NCBI GenBank assembly: GCA_964513995.1 | Contig: CAZEOQ010000008.1 | Location: 8,759-72,758 of the forward strand | DNA from: an uncultured Desulfobacterales bacterium | Lineage (GTDB): Bacteria > Desulfobacterota > DSM-4660 > Desulfatiglandales > JALVZP01 | Direction of reading: 5' to 3' | Length of the DNA stretch: 64,000 nt | The notes under the pieces: generated by a model | Told to the model about the DNA's origin: nothing | Seen by the model: only the letters and a program-made list of their open reading frames with translations | Database searches by the model: none | Program-made: the position numbers and the translations under genes | Part shown: in pieces, positions 8,074 through 17,106 of the stretch | Position numbering within the stretch: the first letter of the stretch is position 1 | Layout: every line of letters starts with the position of its first letter

Positions 8074-11000
8074 TTATTCTCCTATTCTCCTTATTTCATC
8101 AATCATGCTCATTATCTGTTCTGTCCTGAATCCATTAAGATTTATTGCTCCTGACCTGCAAGATGCAACACAAAGACCACATCCTTTACATAGAACCGGA
8201 TTTATTGCTGCCTTTCCTTTAAATGGACCTTCTTCAATAAAGTATGGTGCACCATATGGGCATATCTTTATGCATGTTCCACATGATGAACACAGCATTG
8301 GATTCACTTCTGCTACATATCCTTCTGTAAGTATCTTGTCCTTTGTAAGAAGGACTGTTGCTCTTGATACTGCTGCCTTTGCCTGAGATATTGCTTCATC
8401 AATCGGTTTTGGATAATGACACATCCCACAAAGGTATATTCCATCTGTTGCAAATTCTGCTGGTGCAAGCTTTGGATGTGATTCTACAAAAAATCCGTCT
8501 TCATTCAGTGGGACTTTGAAGAATTTTGCAATCTGCTCACTTTCTTCATTAGGAACTATTGCTGATGCAAGAATGATAAGATCTGGCTGGATAATAATAT
8601 CTCTTTCAAGGATATGATCTTTTACCTTTACCTTGAGGACTCCATTCTCATTTGAAACCTCTGGCTTCTTTTCAAGATCATATCTTATAAAAAGAACACC
8701 CTTTTTTCTTGCCTCAAGATAAAGATTCTCTCTTTCTCCATATGTCCTTATGTCCCTGTAAAGTATGTATATGTCCATTTCAGGATTCAGCTCTTTCAGA
8801 TAAAGAGCACTCTTTATAGAATGAGTACAGCATACCTTTGAACAATAAGGTCTTTCCTTATCTCTTGAACCAACACACTGTATAAATACAACACTTTTTA
8901 GTCTTTTAAGAGAAGGATCTCCTTTTATGAACCTTTCATCAAGCTCAAGACCTGTAATAACCCTTTGATCTTTTCCATAAAGATATTCATCAGGCTTATA
9001 TTCCTTTGCTCCAACAGCAATTATTACTGCTCCATGTTCAATAATGTATTCTTTTCCATCTGATAGGATCTTTGTCTTAAAGTTTCCAACAAATCCCTCA
9101 ACTGAAATTATCTTTGCCTTAAGAAATACTTCTATGTTCTTATCATTTCTTACATCTTCTATAAGAGCTTTAAGTCTTTCCTGAACATCCTCTCCTTTCC
9201 ATGTCTTATAAATCCTCCTTGCCTGTCCTCCAAGCTCCTTTTCCTTTTCAACAAGAAATACCTTGTATCCCTGCATTGAAAGTGATCTTGCTGCTGTCAT
9301 CCCAGCTATTCCACCACCTATAACAAGGACATTCTTGTTTATACTTATCTTTTCTTCTTTAAGTGGTTCCATAAGAGAAACCTTTGCTACAGCCATCCTT
9401 ATAAGATCCTTTGCAATATCTGTTGCATCTTCTGGAAAATCCTTATGAACCCATGAATCCTGATTCCTTATATTTGCCATCTCAAAAAGATACTTATTAA
9501 GTCCTGCACTGATAAGTGTTTCCCGAAAAAGAGGCTCATGTGTCCTTGGAGAACATGCAGCAACAACAATCCTATTCAGACCTTTTTCTCTTATAACCTG
9601 AGCTATCTTTTCCTGTGTCTCCTGAGAGCATGTATATAGGTTGTCTTCTACATGTTCAACAAAAGGAAGGGTTTTTGCATATTCCTTAAGTTCAGAAATG
9701 TTTATGACTCCACCAATATTTATTCCACAATGACAGATAAATACACCAACTTTTGGTCTCTCTCCTGATACATCCCTTTCAGCTGGAAGAGTCTTTTCTT
9801 TTACAGCAGTTCCCCTTACATCACTTAAAAGGATTCCCACTTCACAAGCAGAAGCAGATGCATCTATTACAGAAGATGGAATGTCTTTTGGACCAGAAAT
9901 CGTTCCGCATACAAAAATGCCTTTTTTTGATGTAGATACAGGAGAGAATGAATCCGTATAAACAAACCTTCCTTTTGTAAGCCTTATTCCAAACCTCTTC
10001 AGTATCTCTTCCATCTCTTCCCTTATCTCAAATCCAACAGAAAGGACAACAATGTCAAAAAGCTCACTTTTTGGCATCCCTTTATCATCAAGATATCTTA
10101 TAAGAAGATCACCATTTTCTTCCTCTATCGTATGTATCCTTGCTCTTATAAATCTTACACCATCTTTTCTTGCCCTTTCATAGTATCTTTCAAATTCCTT
10201 TCCATATGTCCTCATATCCATATAGAATATTGCACAGTCAACTTCTGGATTATGCTCCTTTGCAACAACAGCCTCCTTTATTGCATACATACAGCATACA
10301 GAAGAACAGTATTGATTTGTCTTTATTTCACGAGATCCAACACACTGAATCCACGCAATCTTTTTTGGCTCTTTTCCATTAATAAGAAGTCTTCCTTGTG
10401 TTGGACCTGATGCAGAAAGTATCCTTTCAAATTCCATTGAAGTCATTATATTCTTATGATTCCTGTAGTTATAATTTGGAATAGATGATGGATCAAATAC
10501 CTTAAGACCTGAAGCAAATATTATTGCCCCTACCTCTATCTGTTCTATCCTTTCTGTATCATCAAGCTTTATGGCACCTGCCTGACATACCCTTTCACAT
10601 CCCTTGCAATCAAGTATATCATTTATCTTAAGACATGCATCTGGATCTCTTGCTGCCTTAAGTGGAACAGCCTGTGGATACTTTATGTATATTGCTTTTC
10701 TGTATGAAAGCCCTTCATTGTATTCATCAGGAACAACAACAGGACATACATTTATCCTTCTTATTGCTCCTTCTTTGCATGCCTCAATACAGCTCCAGCA
10801 ACCTGTGCATTCAAATGTATTGTATATAGGCTTTTCGCAGTTGCACTTTATTGCCTGCTCTAAGGAACATTCAATCCCTATGAATCTTAATCTTCTTAGA
10901 TCAACCTCCTCTTCAAACTTCCTCAAAGCCCTTATATCACATCCTCTCATAACAGCAGCAAGCTTTATATCTGGATCTTTTTTCAGTATCCTCTTTACTA

Positions 11001-11157
11001 TACCTGCAAGACTGTATCTTGGCTCTGTCTCAAGATATTCTATCTCTTCTTCTTTCCTGAAAAGATAAGGACCAACATGCCCCCATCTTTTTCTGAGTCC
11101 AAGGACAAGATATCCTTCTCTTATAGCAGATATTGCCTCTTTCTTTATCCTTTCCAT
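8074..11157 (-). CDS. Giant HdrA-like flavoprotein: N-terminal FrhB-like domain, an HdrA body lacking its own N-terminal Rossmann strand, then a complete second HdrA module
   Basis: The first half has AIYIKYPQAVP, IQCVGSREIKTNQYCSSVCC and GIFVCGTISGPKDIPSSV, but no GxGxxG upstream. The second half has NVLVIGGGIAGMTAA, IQCVGSRDKERPYCSKVCC and the terminal ferredoxin motifs CSSCGTCIKICPYG and CKGCGLCVASCRSG. Confidence 0.85.
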   Translation of the reverse strand: MERIKKEAISAIREGYLVLGLRKRWGHVGPYLFRKEEEIEYLETEPRYSLAGIVKRILKKDPDIKLAAVMRGCDIRALRKFEEEVDLRRLRFIGIECSLEQAIKCNCEKPIYNTFECTGCWSCIEACKEGAIRRINVCPVVVPDEYNEGLSYRKAIYIKYPQAVPLKAARDPDACLKINDILDCKGCERVCQAGAIKLDDTERIEQIEVGAIIFASGLKVFDPSSIPNYNYRNHKNIMTSMEFERILSASGPTQGRLLINGKEPKKIAWIQCVGSREIKTNQYCSSVCCMYAIKEAVVAKEHNPEVDCAIFYMDMRTYGKEFERYYERARKDGVRFIRARIHTIEEENGDLLIRYLDDKGMPKSELFDIVVLSVGFEIREEMEEILKRFGIRLTKGRFVYTDSFSPVSTSKKGIFVCGTISGPKDIPSSVIDASASACEVGILLSDVRGTAVKEKTLPAERDVSGERPKVGVFICHCGINIGGVINISELKEYAKTLPFVEHVEDNLYTCSQETQEKIAQVIREKGLNRIVVAACSPRTHEPLFRETLISAGLNKYLFEMANIRNQDSWVHKDFPEDATDIAKDLIRMAVAKVSLMEPLKEEKISINKNVLVIGGGIAGMTAARSLSMQGYKVFLVEKEKELGGQARRIYKTWKGEDVQERLKALIEDVRNDKNIEVFLKAKIISVEGFVGNFKTKILSDGKEYIIEHGAVIIAVGAKEYKPDEYLYGKDQRVITGLELDERFIKGDPSLKRLKSVVFIQCVGSRDKERPYCSKVCCTHSIKSALYLKELNPEMDIYILYRDIRTYGERENLYLEARKKGVLFIRYDLEKKPEVSNENGVLKVKVKDHILERDIIIQPDLIILASAIVPNEESEQIAKFFKVPLNEDGFFVESHPKLAPAEFATDGIYLCGMCHYPKPIDEAISQAKAAVSRATVLLTKDKILTEGYVAEVNPMLCSSCGTCIKICPYGAPYFIEEGPFKGKAAINPVLCKGCGLCVASCRSGAINLNGFRTEQIMSMIDEIRRIGE

Positions 11158-11158
11158 C

Positions 11159-13189
11159 TTACTTCCTCTTTACATTTACTGCACATGCCTTAAAGTTTGG
11201 TATCTTTGAAAAAGGATCAAGCTTTCTTGATACAAGCATGTTTGCAGGAGATTCCTTAAAGTGCATTGGAATAAAGATTACTCCAGGTTCTATTTCTTCA
11301 GAAACATAAGCCTTTATCTCAATCTTTCCTGTCTCTGAGATTACCTCTACAGTATCACCTTCTTTTATACCCAGCCTTTCTGCATCCCTTCTGCTTATCT
11401 CAACATATCCTTCATTTACTTCATTTTCCAGTCTTTCTATCTTCCTTGTTATGCTTCCTGTGTGAAAATGAAAAGGACATCTTCCTGTTATAAGGATAAA
11501 TGGATACTTGTCAGAAGGTTTTATCTGAGTATGTTCAACTGAAAAGAATCTTGCCTTTCCTATAGGAAATCCGTCTTTGTAAAGAAATGGTGTTCCTGGA
11601 TGATCTTCTGAAGGACATGGCCACTGAATTGTTTCTCCACTTTCAAGCCTTTCATATGTTATTCCTGCATAGGATGGTGTAAGCCTTCTTATTTCATCCA
11701 TTATCTGCTTTGGAGAAGAATAGTTAAATCCTTTTGCTCCAATCCTTTCTGCAATCTCACATACTATCTTCCAATCTGGCATTGAATTTCCAACAGGATC
11801 TATAGCCTTTCTTACTCTCTGGACTCTTCTGTCCGTATTCGTAAACGTTCCATCTTTTTCTGCAAAGCTTGATGCAGGAAGGACAAAATGTGCAAGCTCT
11901 GCTGTCTCAGTAAGGAATATGTCAACTACTACGAGAAGTTCTAAAGAACTCAATGCTTTTTTTACATGACTTATGTCAGGATCAGAAATTGCTGGATTCT
12001 CTCCAAATATTATCATTGCCTTTAGAGAACCTTTTTCTGCCTCATTCATCATCTCAACCAAAGTAAGTCCTTTTTTTTCTGGAACAGGAACTCCCCATTC
12101 CTTTTCAAAGACCCTTCTTGCATCCTCATCATCTACTCTTCTATATCCTGTAAGCACATCTGGAAGAGCACCCATATCACACGCACCCTGAACATTGTTC
12201 TGTCCGCGAAGAGGATTTACTCCTGTTGCTGGCTTTCCTATGTTTCCTGTTGCAAGTGAAAGATTTGCTATTGCCTTTACATTATCTGTTCCGTTTATGT
12301 GCTGTGTTATTCCCATTGCATAAAAAAGCATTGATCTTGATCTTGCATAAAGGATGGCTGCTTTTTCTATAAGCTCCTTAGATGCTCCTGTAATGCTGCT
12401 TACATAATCTGGATCATACCTTTTTACGGTCTCTTCAATTTCCTGAAATCCCTGTGTCCTTTCACTTATAAAACTTCTGTCTATGAGTCCTTCTTTTATT
12501 ATCACATGAAGAAGACCATTAATAAGTGCAATATTTGTTCCTGGCTTTATCCTCAGATATATATCAGCATATCTGCTTATAGGAATACTTCTTGGATCAG
12601 CTACAATAAGCCTTGCTCCTTTCTGCTTTGCACTTATTATCCAGCTTGCAACAAGAGGGTGCTGACTTGTTGTATTGCTTCCTGTAATGAATATGCATTC
12701 AGCCTGATCTATCTCTGTTATAGAATTCGTCATTGCACCTGCACCAAATGCCTGTCTAAGTCCTTCTACTGTGCTTGAATGACAAAGTCTTGCACAGTGA
12801 TCTATGTTGTTCGTTCCTACAGCTGCTCTTGCAAATTTCATTATAAGATAGTTTTCTTCATTTGTGCATTTTGCACTGGAGATTATTCCAACAGAATCAG
12901 GTCCGTATTTTTCTATTATCTTTTTAAGCCTTTCTGATATCTCCTTTAAGGCAGTATTCCAGTCTGTCTCAAAGAACCTTCCATTCTTTTTTACGAGAGG
13001 ATTCTTCAGTCTTTCAGGATGCTGAACAAACTTATGTGCACTTCTTCCAAGGACACAAAGCTTTCCTCTGCTTACAGGATGTGTCTTGCACGGAACAACC
13101 CCTTTTATCTCACCATCTTCTACTTCAAGATAAAAATTGCATCCTGTTCCACAAAAAGGACATGTTGTAAGGACAAAATCAGAGTTCAT
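11159..13189 (-). CDS. fdhA: Formate dehydrogenase catalytic subunit (molybdopterin/tungstopterin oxidoreductase), Cys-type
   Basis: It has an N-terminal CPFCGTGCNF 4Fe-4S motif and the active-site block HCARLCHSS, with Cys where E. coli FdhH has Sec, followed by His. LRGQNNVQGACDMGALPD is typical of the FdhF/FdhA family. Confidence 0.85.
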   Translation of the reverse strand: MNSDFVLTTCPFCGTGCNFYLEVEDGEIKGVVPCKTHPVSRGKLCVLGRSAHKFVQHPERLKNPLVKKNGRFFETDWNTALKEISERLKKIIEKYGPDSVGIISSAKCTNEENYLIMKFARAAVGTNNIDHCARLCHSSTVEGLRQAFGAGAMTNSITEIDQAECIFITGSNTTSQHPLVASWIISAKQKGARLIVADPRSIPISRYADIYLRIKPGTNIALINGLLHVIIKEGLIDRSFISERTQGFQEIEETVKRYDPDYVSSITGASKELIEKAAILYARSRSMLFYAMGITQHINGTDNVKAIANLSLATGNIGKPATGVNPLRGQNNVQGACDMGALPDVLTGYRRVDDEDARRVFEKEWGVPVPEKKGLTLVEMMNEAEKGSLKAMIIFGENPAISDPDISHVKKALSSLELLVVVDIFLTETAELAHFVLPASSFAEKDGTFTNTDRRVQRVRKAIDPVGNSMPDWKIVCEIAERIGAKGFNYSSPKQIMDEIRRLTPSYAGITYERLESGETIQWPCPSEDHPGTPFLYKDGFPIGKARFFSVEHTQIKPSDKYPFILITGRCPFHFHTGSITRKIERLENEVNEGYVEISRRDAERLGIKEGDTVEVISETGKIEIKAYVSEEIEPGVIFIPMHFKESPANMLVSRKLDPFSKIPNFKACAVNVKRK

Positions 13190-14129
13190 ATCTCATTCTC
13201 CTGTTTTTATCCATCCTTTTTCTTACAAAATCTATTATCTTTCTCTTTGCCTCTTCGCTGAGACCTGGAACAAGCTTGAAGGCATCTTCTGGTGAGAAGA
13301 ACTGTGTTATATCCTGGAGGGTCTTGAGGGGTATTCCTGCTGGACATGTCTCCTCACATTCACCACAAAGTATACATCTATCCCATACCTGATATGCCCT
13401 TATGAGGTGAAATTCAGGATATCTTGGAGGGACTTCTCCCTGTTTTATCCATTCTGAAATCCTAAGCTCATCTTCTTCTTCCTCTCTTACAGGACACTGA
13501 TCAATACATCCATAACACTTTATGCATCTTACAAAATGTGAATCCCAGAATCTCTTCCTCTCTTCTAAATCCATCCTTATGAGCTTTTGCAAAAGATTTG
13601 GTTCTTTTTCCTTTTTTGCTTCACGGATAGCTTTTTGAACCACATTTGTAAGAGCATTCCTTTCTTTGTTTTCCTCTGTGCACGCCTTTACACATTCACC
13701 ACAGTGGATGCAGGCTACATCATCTATGATGATCCTGTCTACCCAAAGTCTTCCATCTTTTTCTTCTGGCTCTTTTTCCAAAAAAATAGAACAGCATTCA
13801 CCACATCCAGTGCACTTTTCTGCATCTACATATCTTGGTCTTATCCTCAGCTTTACCCTGAAATTCCCCTCTTCCCCTTCTATTTCTTCTATCTTTGCAA
13901 GTGTTATTATCTTTATATTTGGATGCCTTCCAACCTCAACCAGGTTGGGAGAAAGTATTCACATAGAGCAGTCATTTGTAGGAAATGTCTTATCAAGCTG
14001 ACTCATTATTCCTCCAACAGCAGAAGTCTCTTCAACCAGATATACAAAATATCCTGAATTTGCAAGATCAAGTGCTGACTTTATCCCAGATATACCTCCA
14101 CCAATTACCATAACAGACCCTTTTTTCAT
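13179..14129 (-). CDS. Selenocysteine-containing HdrA N-terminal (FAD Rossmann) domain fused to a poly-ferredoxin domain; in-frame UGA at 13959-13961
   Basis: The ATG at 14127-14129 has GGAGG 7 nt upstream. The translation is [15 protein letters not shown]...[31 protein letters not shown]..., continuing in frame with no other stop into the 200-aa ORF listed at 13179-13781. The UGA is codon 57 and sits at the second Cys of the Hdr[12 protein letters not shown] motif. Ferredoxin motifs [23 protein letters not shown] and [12 protein letters not shown] follow. Confidence 0.75.
13930..13948 (-). promoter_or_regulatory. Candidate bacterial SECIS hairpin
   Basis: In the mRNA sense the sequence is CCAACCU-GGUUG-AGGUUGG: a perfect 7-bp stem with a 5-nt G/U-rich loop. 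It starts 11 nt after the in-frame UGA. Confidence 0.55.
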
Positions 14130-14248
14130 AATCTCCTCCTTAAATTGTCTGGATCTTTAACTTCTTAGAATAAAAAAGGATTTGTGTCAAGAATTGCTTT
14201 TTTTTTAGCTTTTATTAAAATGATTGAAAAAACTAAAAGAGGTAAAAT

Positions 14249-14719
14249 ATGACAAAGATATTTATACACGGTCTTGAAAGTAGCAGTCAGGGAGTAAAGG
14301 CAAGATTTCTTAAGGAGAGATTTCCTGACATGATCATCCCTGACTTTTCTGGATCATTTGATCAGAGGATGGAAAAGCTGAGAAAAGTCCTTGAAGGAAA
14401 AGATGACATAAGGATTGTTGGATCAAGTTATGGTGGGCTTATGGGAACTGTATTTGCAATGGAAAATCCAGAAAGAGTAGTAAAGCTTGTTCTTCTTGCT
14501 CCTGCCATAAACTTCCTTCACATGGTAATAAAAGAACCAAAAAAACTGGATATTCCTGTATGGATATATCATGGAAAGAATGATGAGCTTATTCCAATTG
14601 ATGAAGTAAAAAAGATTGCAGAAGAGATATTTTCAAACCTCTCTTTTAACATCGTTGATGACGATCACTATCTACACAAGACTTATCCTTCCATTCCCTG
14701 GGAAAAAATTCTTTCATGA
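14249..14719 (+). CDS. Small alpha/beta-fold hydrolase (YqiA-like esterase)
   Basis: It has IFIHGLESS, the nucleophile elbow GSSYGG, and HGKNDELIP plus DDDHYL (acid/His). It is divergent from the redox operon. Confidence 0.7.
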   Translation: MTKIFIHGLESSSQGVKARFLKERFPDMIIPDFSGSFDQRMEKLRKVLEGKDDIRIVGSSYGGLMGTVFAMENPERVVKLVLLAPAINFLHMVIKEPKKLDIPVWIYHGKNDELIPIDEVKKIAEEIFSNLSFNIVDDDHYLHKTYPSIPWEKILS

Positions 14720-17106
14720 AAGAAAGATTTGTAGAGGTTGCTGTAGGTCTTCCAATAAGGAAGACATTTACGTATCTTCTTCCAGAAGAGCTTCCTCTGA
14801 AAGATTATACAGGATACAGGGTCCTTGTTCCTTTTAAGAATCAGGAAACTGTAGGATACATCCTGGGAGATACAGAAAAGATAGAGAATGTGAAGGAGAT
14901 TCTGGAAATACTTGATTCAGGACCTATTTTTACGAAAAAGATGGTAAGCTTTTTCAGATGGCTTTCTGATTATTATTTTTACCCAATAGGTCAGATAATT
15001 CAGACTGCGCTTCCTCCTGGGATAAATGTTATAAGATACAGGGTTGCAAGGATTACGAAAAAAGGAGAAAAGGCACTGGATGAGCTTCCTGAAAATAGTC
15101 CTGAAAAAAAGGCTCTTCTCTGGATAAAAGAGAATCCTTATAGAAGAATAGAAGACATTCCTCAAAGGATTCTTGATAAGCTTTCAGAAAAAGGCTGGAT
15201 AAAGGTAAAAAGGAAGATAAAGAAAAAAGAAGGAAAAGATCCTCTTATAAGGAAATTTGCAAAGATAAAAGAAGGGGTTATTAATGTTGAAGGGCTGAGT
15301 GATGAAGAAAAGGAATTTCTGAATGAGATAAAAAAAAACATACCGCTTTGCAGGCTCATAGGAAAGTTCAGAAATGTTTATTATCTTGCAAGAAAGCTTG
15401 AGAAAAAAGGAATAATAAAGACTGAATATCTTCCTATTCACAAAGCAGTGGATGGTCAGATCATTGGACCTGTATCTATTCCAGAAAGACTTCATCCTCA
15501 GCAAGAAAAAGCCCTTTCTGAAATATATTCCTCACTTAAGGAAGGAAAATTCTCTGTAAAGCTTCTTTTTGGTGTTACAGGAAGTGGAAAGACAGAAGTT
15601 TACAGAAGAGCTGCAAAGATGGCTATAAGTATGGGAAAAAAAGTAATATTTCTTCTTCCTGAAATATCTCTTGTCTTATACATGGAAAGCATATTCAGAC
15701 AGACATTTGGAGAAAGGGTTGCGGTATATCACAGCAGAATGAGTCCTGGAGAAAGATATGATCAGTGGATGAGGATGATAAAAGGTGAGGTGGACATAGT
15801 TATTGGTGCAAGATCTGCCATATTTTCTCCTCTTCCAAATGTTGGTCTCATAATAGTAGACGAAGAACATGATCCTTCATACAAGCAGGAAACAGCTCCA
15901 TATTATCATGCAAGGGACTGTGCTGTGATGAGAGGAAAGATTGAGGATGCTCTGGTTATTCTTGGTTCTGGAACTCCTTCTGTCCAGTCATATTATAACA
16001 GTCAGATAGGCAAATACACACTTATAGAGATGCCAAAAAGAGTTGAGGATCGTCCTCTTCCAGAAATGGAGATAGTTGATATGAGAAAGGAAAGGGCAGG
16101 GACGATCTTAAGCAAAAGGCTTCTTTCTTCCATAAAAGAAGAGCTGGAAAAGGGAAATCAGGTCATCCTTTTTTTAAACAAAAGAGGATTTTACAGACTC
16201 TGCGTATGCTCTGTATGTGGAACATCCATAAAATGTCCTAACTGTGACCTAAGCCTTGTATATCACAAAGACGGAAAGCTAAGATGTCATTATTGTGGAT
16301 ATTATTCTGAAAGACCAGAAAGATGTAAGATCTGTGGATATATGAGCTTCAGACTTATGGGTTTTGGGACAGAAAGAGTAGAAAGAGAAATAAAGAGGCT
16401 TTTTCCAGAAGCAAAGGTAGAAAGGATGGATGCAGACAGTGTAAGAAAAAAAGGAAAAATTGCAGATATACTAAAAAGATTCTCTGAAAAAAAGATAGAC
16501 ATACTCATAGGGACACAGATGATAACAAAAGGCTATCATTTTCCTTCTGTTACACTTGTAGGAATCATTTCTGCTGATATAAGCCTTTCTTTTCCAGACT
16601 TCAGAGCAGCAGAATGGACATATCAGCTTCTCTGTCAGGTTGCAGGAAGGGCAGGAAGGGGTGAGCAGAAAGGTAAGGTAATAGTTCAGACATTTAATCC
16701 TGATCATTACTGTATAAAAGCAGCTATAAGACACAGTTTTTTTTCTTTTTATGAAAAAGAAAAAACCTTTAGAGAATGTCTGAGATATCCTCCTTTTTCT
16801 CACTTAAGCTGTATAAGGATCCAGGGAAACAGTGAAAAGAATGTGTGTGAATCAGCAAAGATGATGGAAGAGGAGATAAAAAAAATTTTAGAAAACTATC
16901 CTTTTAAGGATCAGATCCAGATTCTTGGACCAATAGAGTCTCCCATAAAGAAGCTTAAAGGGAAATACAGATGGCAGATAATAATAAAAAGTTCAAGGCA
17001 CTATATACAAAAGCCAATATTTGAACAGATTGAAAAGATGTCAGAAAGATTAAAGACAAAAGGAGTAAGCATATCTATTGATGTTGATCCATATTATATG
17101 CTTTAA
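14716..17106 (+). CDS. priA: Primosomal protein N-prime (replication restart helicase PriA)
   Basis: It has Walker A GVTGSGKTEVY, the DEEH box IVDEEHD, and the Cys-rich zinc region CSVCGTSIKCPNCDLSLVYHKDGKLRCHYCGY...CKICG. Confidence 0.9.
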   Translation: MKERFVEVAVGLPIRKTFTYLLPEELPLKDYTGYRVLVPFKNQETVGYILGDTEKIENVKEILEILDSGPIFTKKMVSFFRWLSDYYFYPIGQIIQTALPPGINVIRYRVARITKKGEKALDELPENSPEKKALLWIKENPYRRIEDIPQRILDKLSEKGWIKVKRKIKKKEGKDPLIRKFAKIKEGVINVEGLSDEEKEFLNEIKKNIPLCRLIGKFRNVYYLARKLEKKGIIKTEYLPIHKAVDGQIIGPVSIPERLHPQQEKALSEIYSSLKEGKFSVKLLFGVTGSGKTEVYRRAAKMAISMGKKVIFLLPEISLVLYMESIFRQTFGERVAVYHSRMSPGERYDQWMRMIKGEVDIVIGARSAIFSPLPNVGLIIVDEEHDPSYKQETAPYYHARDCAVMRGKIEDALVILGSGTPSVQSYYNSQIGKYTLIEMPKRVEDRPLPEMEIVDMRKERAGTILSKRLLSSIKEELEKGNQVILFLNKRGFYRLCVCSVCGTSIKCPNCDLSLVYHKDGKLRCHYCGYYSERPERCKICGYMSFRLMGFGTERVEREIKRLFPEAKVERMDADSVRKKGKIADILKRFSEKKIDILIGTQMITKGYHFPSVTLVGIISADISLSFPDFRAAEWTYQLLCQVAGRAGRGEQKGKVIVQTFNPDHYCIKAAIRHSFFSFYEKEKTFRECLRYPPFSHLSCIRIQGNSEKNVCESAKMMEEEIKKILENYPFKDQIQILGPIESPIKKLKGKYRWQIIIKSSRHYIQKPIFEQIEKMSERLKTKGVSISIDVDPYYML

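Noticed and set aside
11159-13189. A possible selenocysteine in FdhA, as in E. coli FdhH.
   Set aside because: The ORF is uninterrupted, and the active-site block reads HCARLCHSS, with Cys at the Sec position. There is no in-frame TGA.
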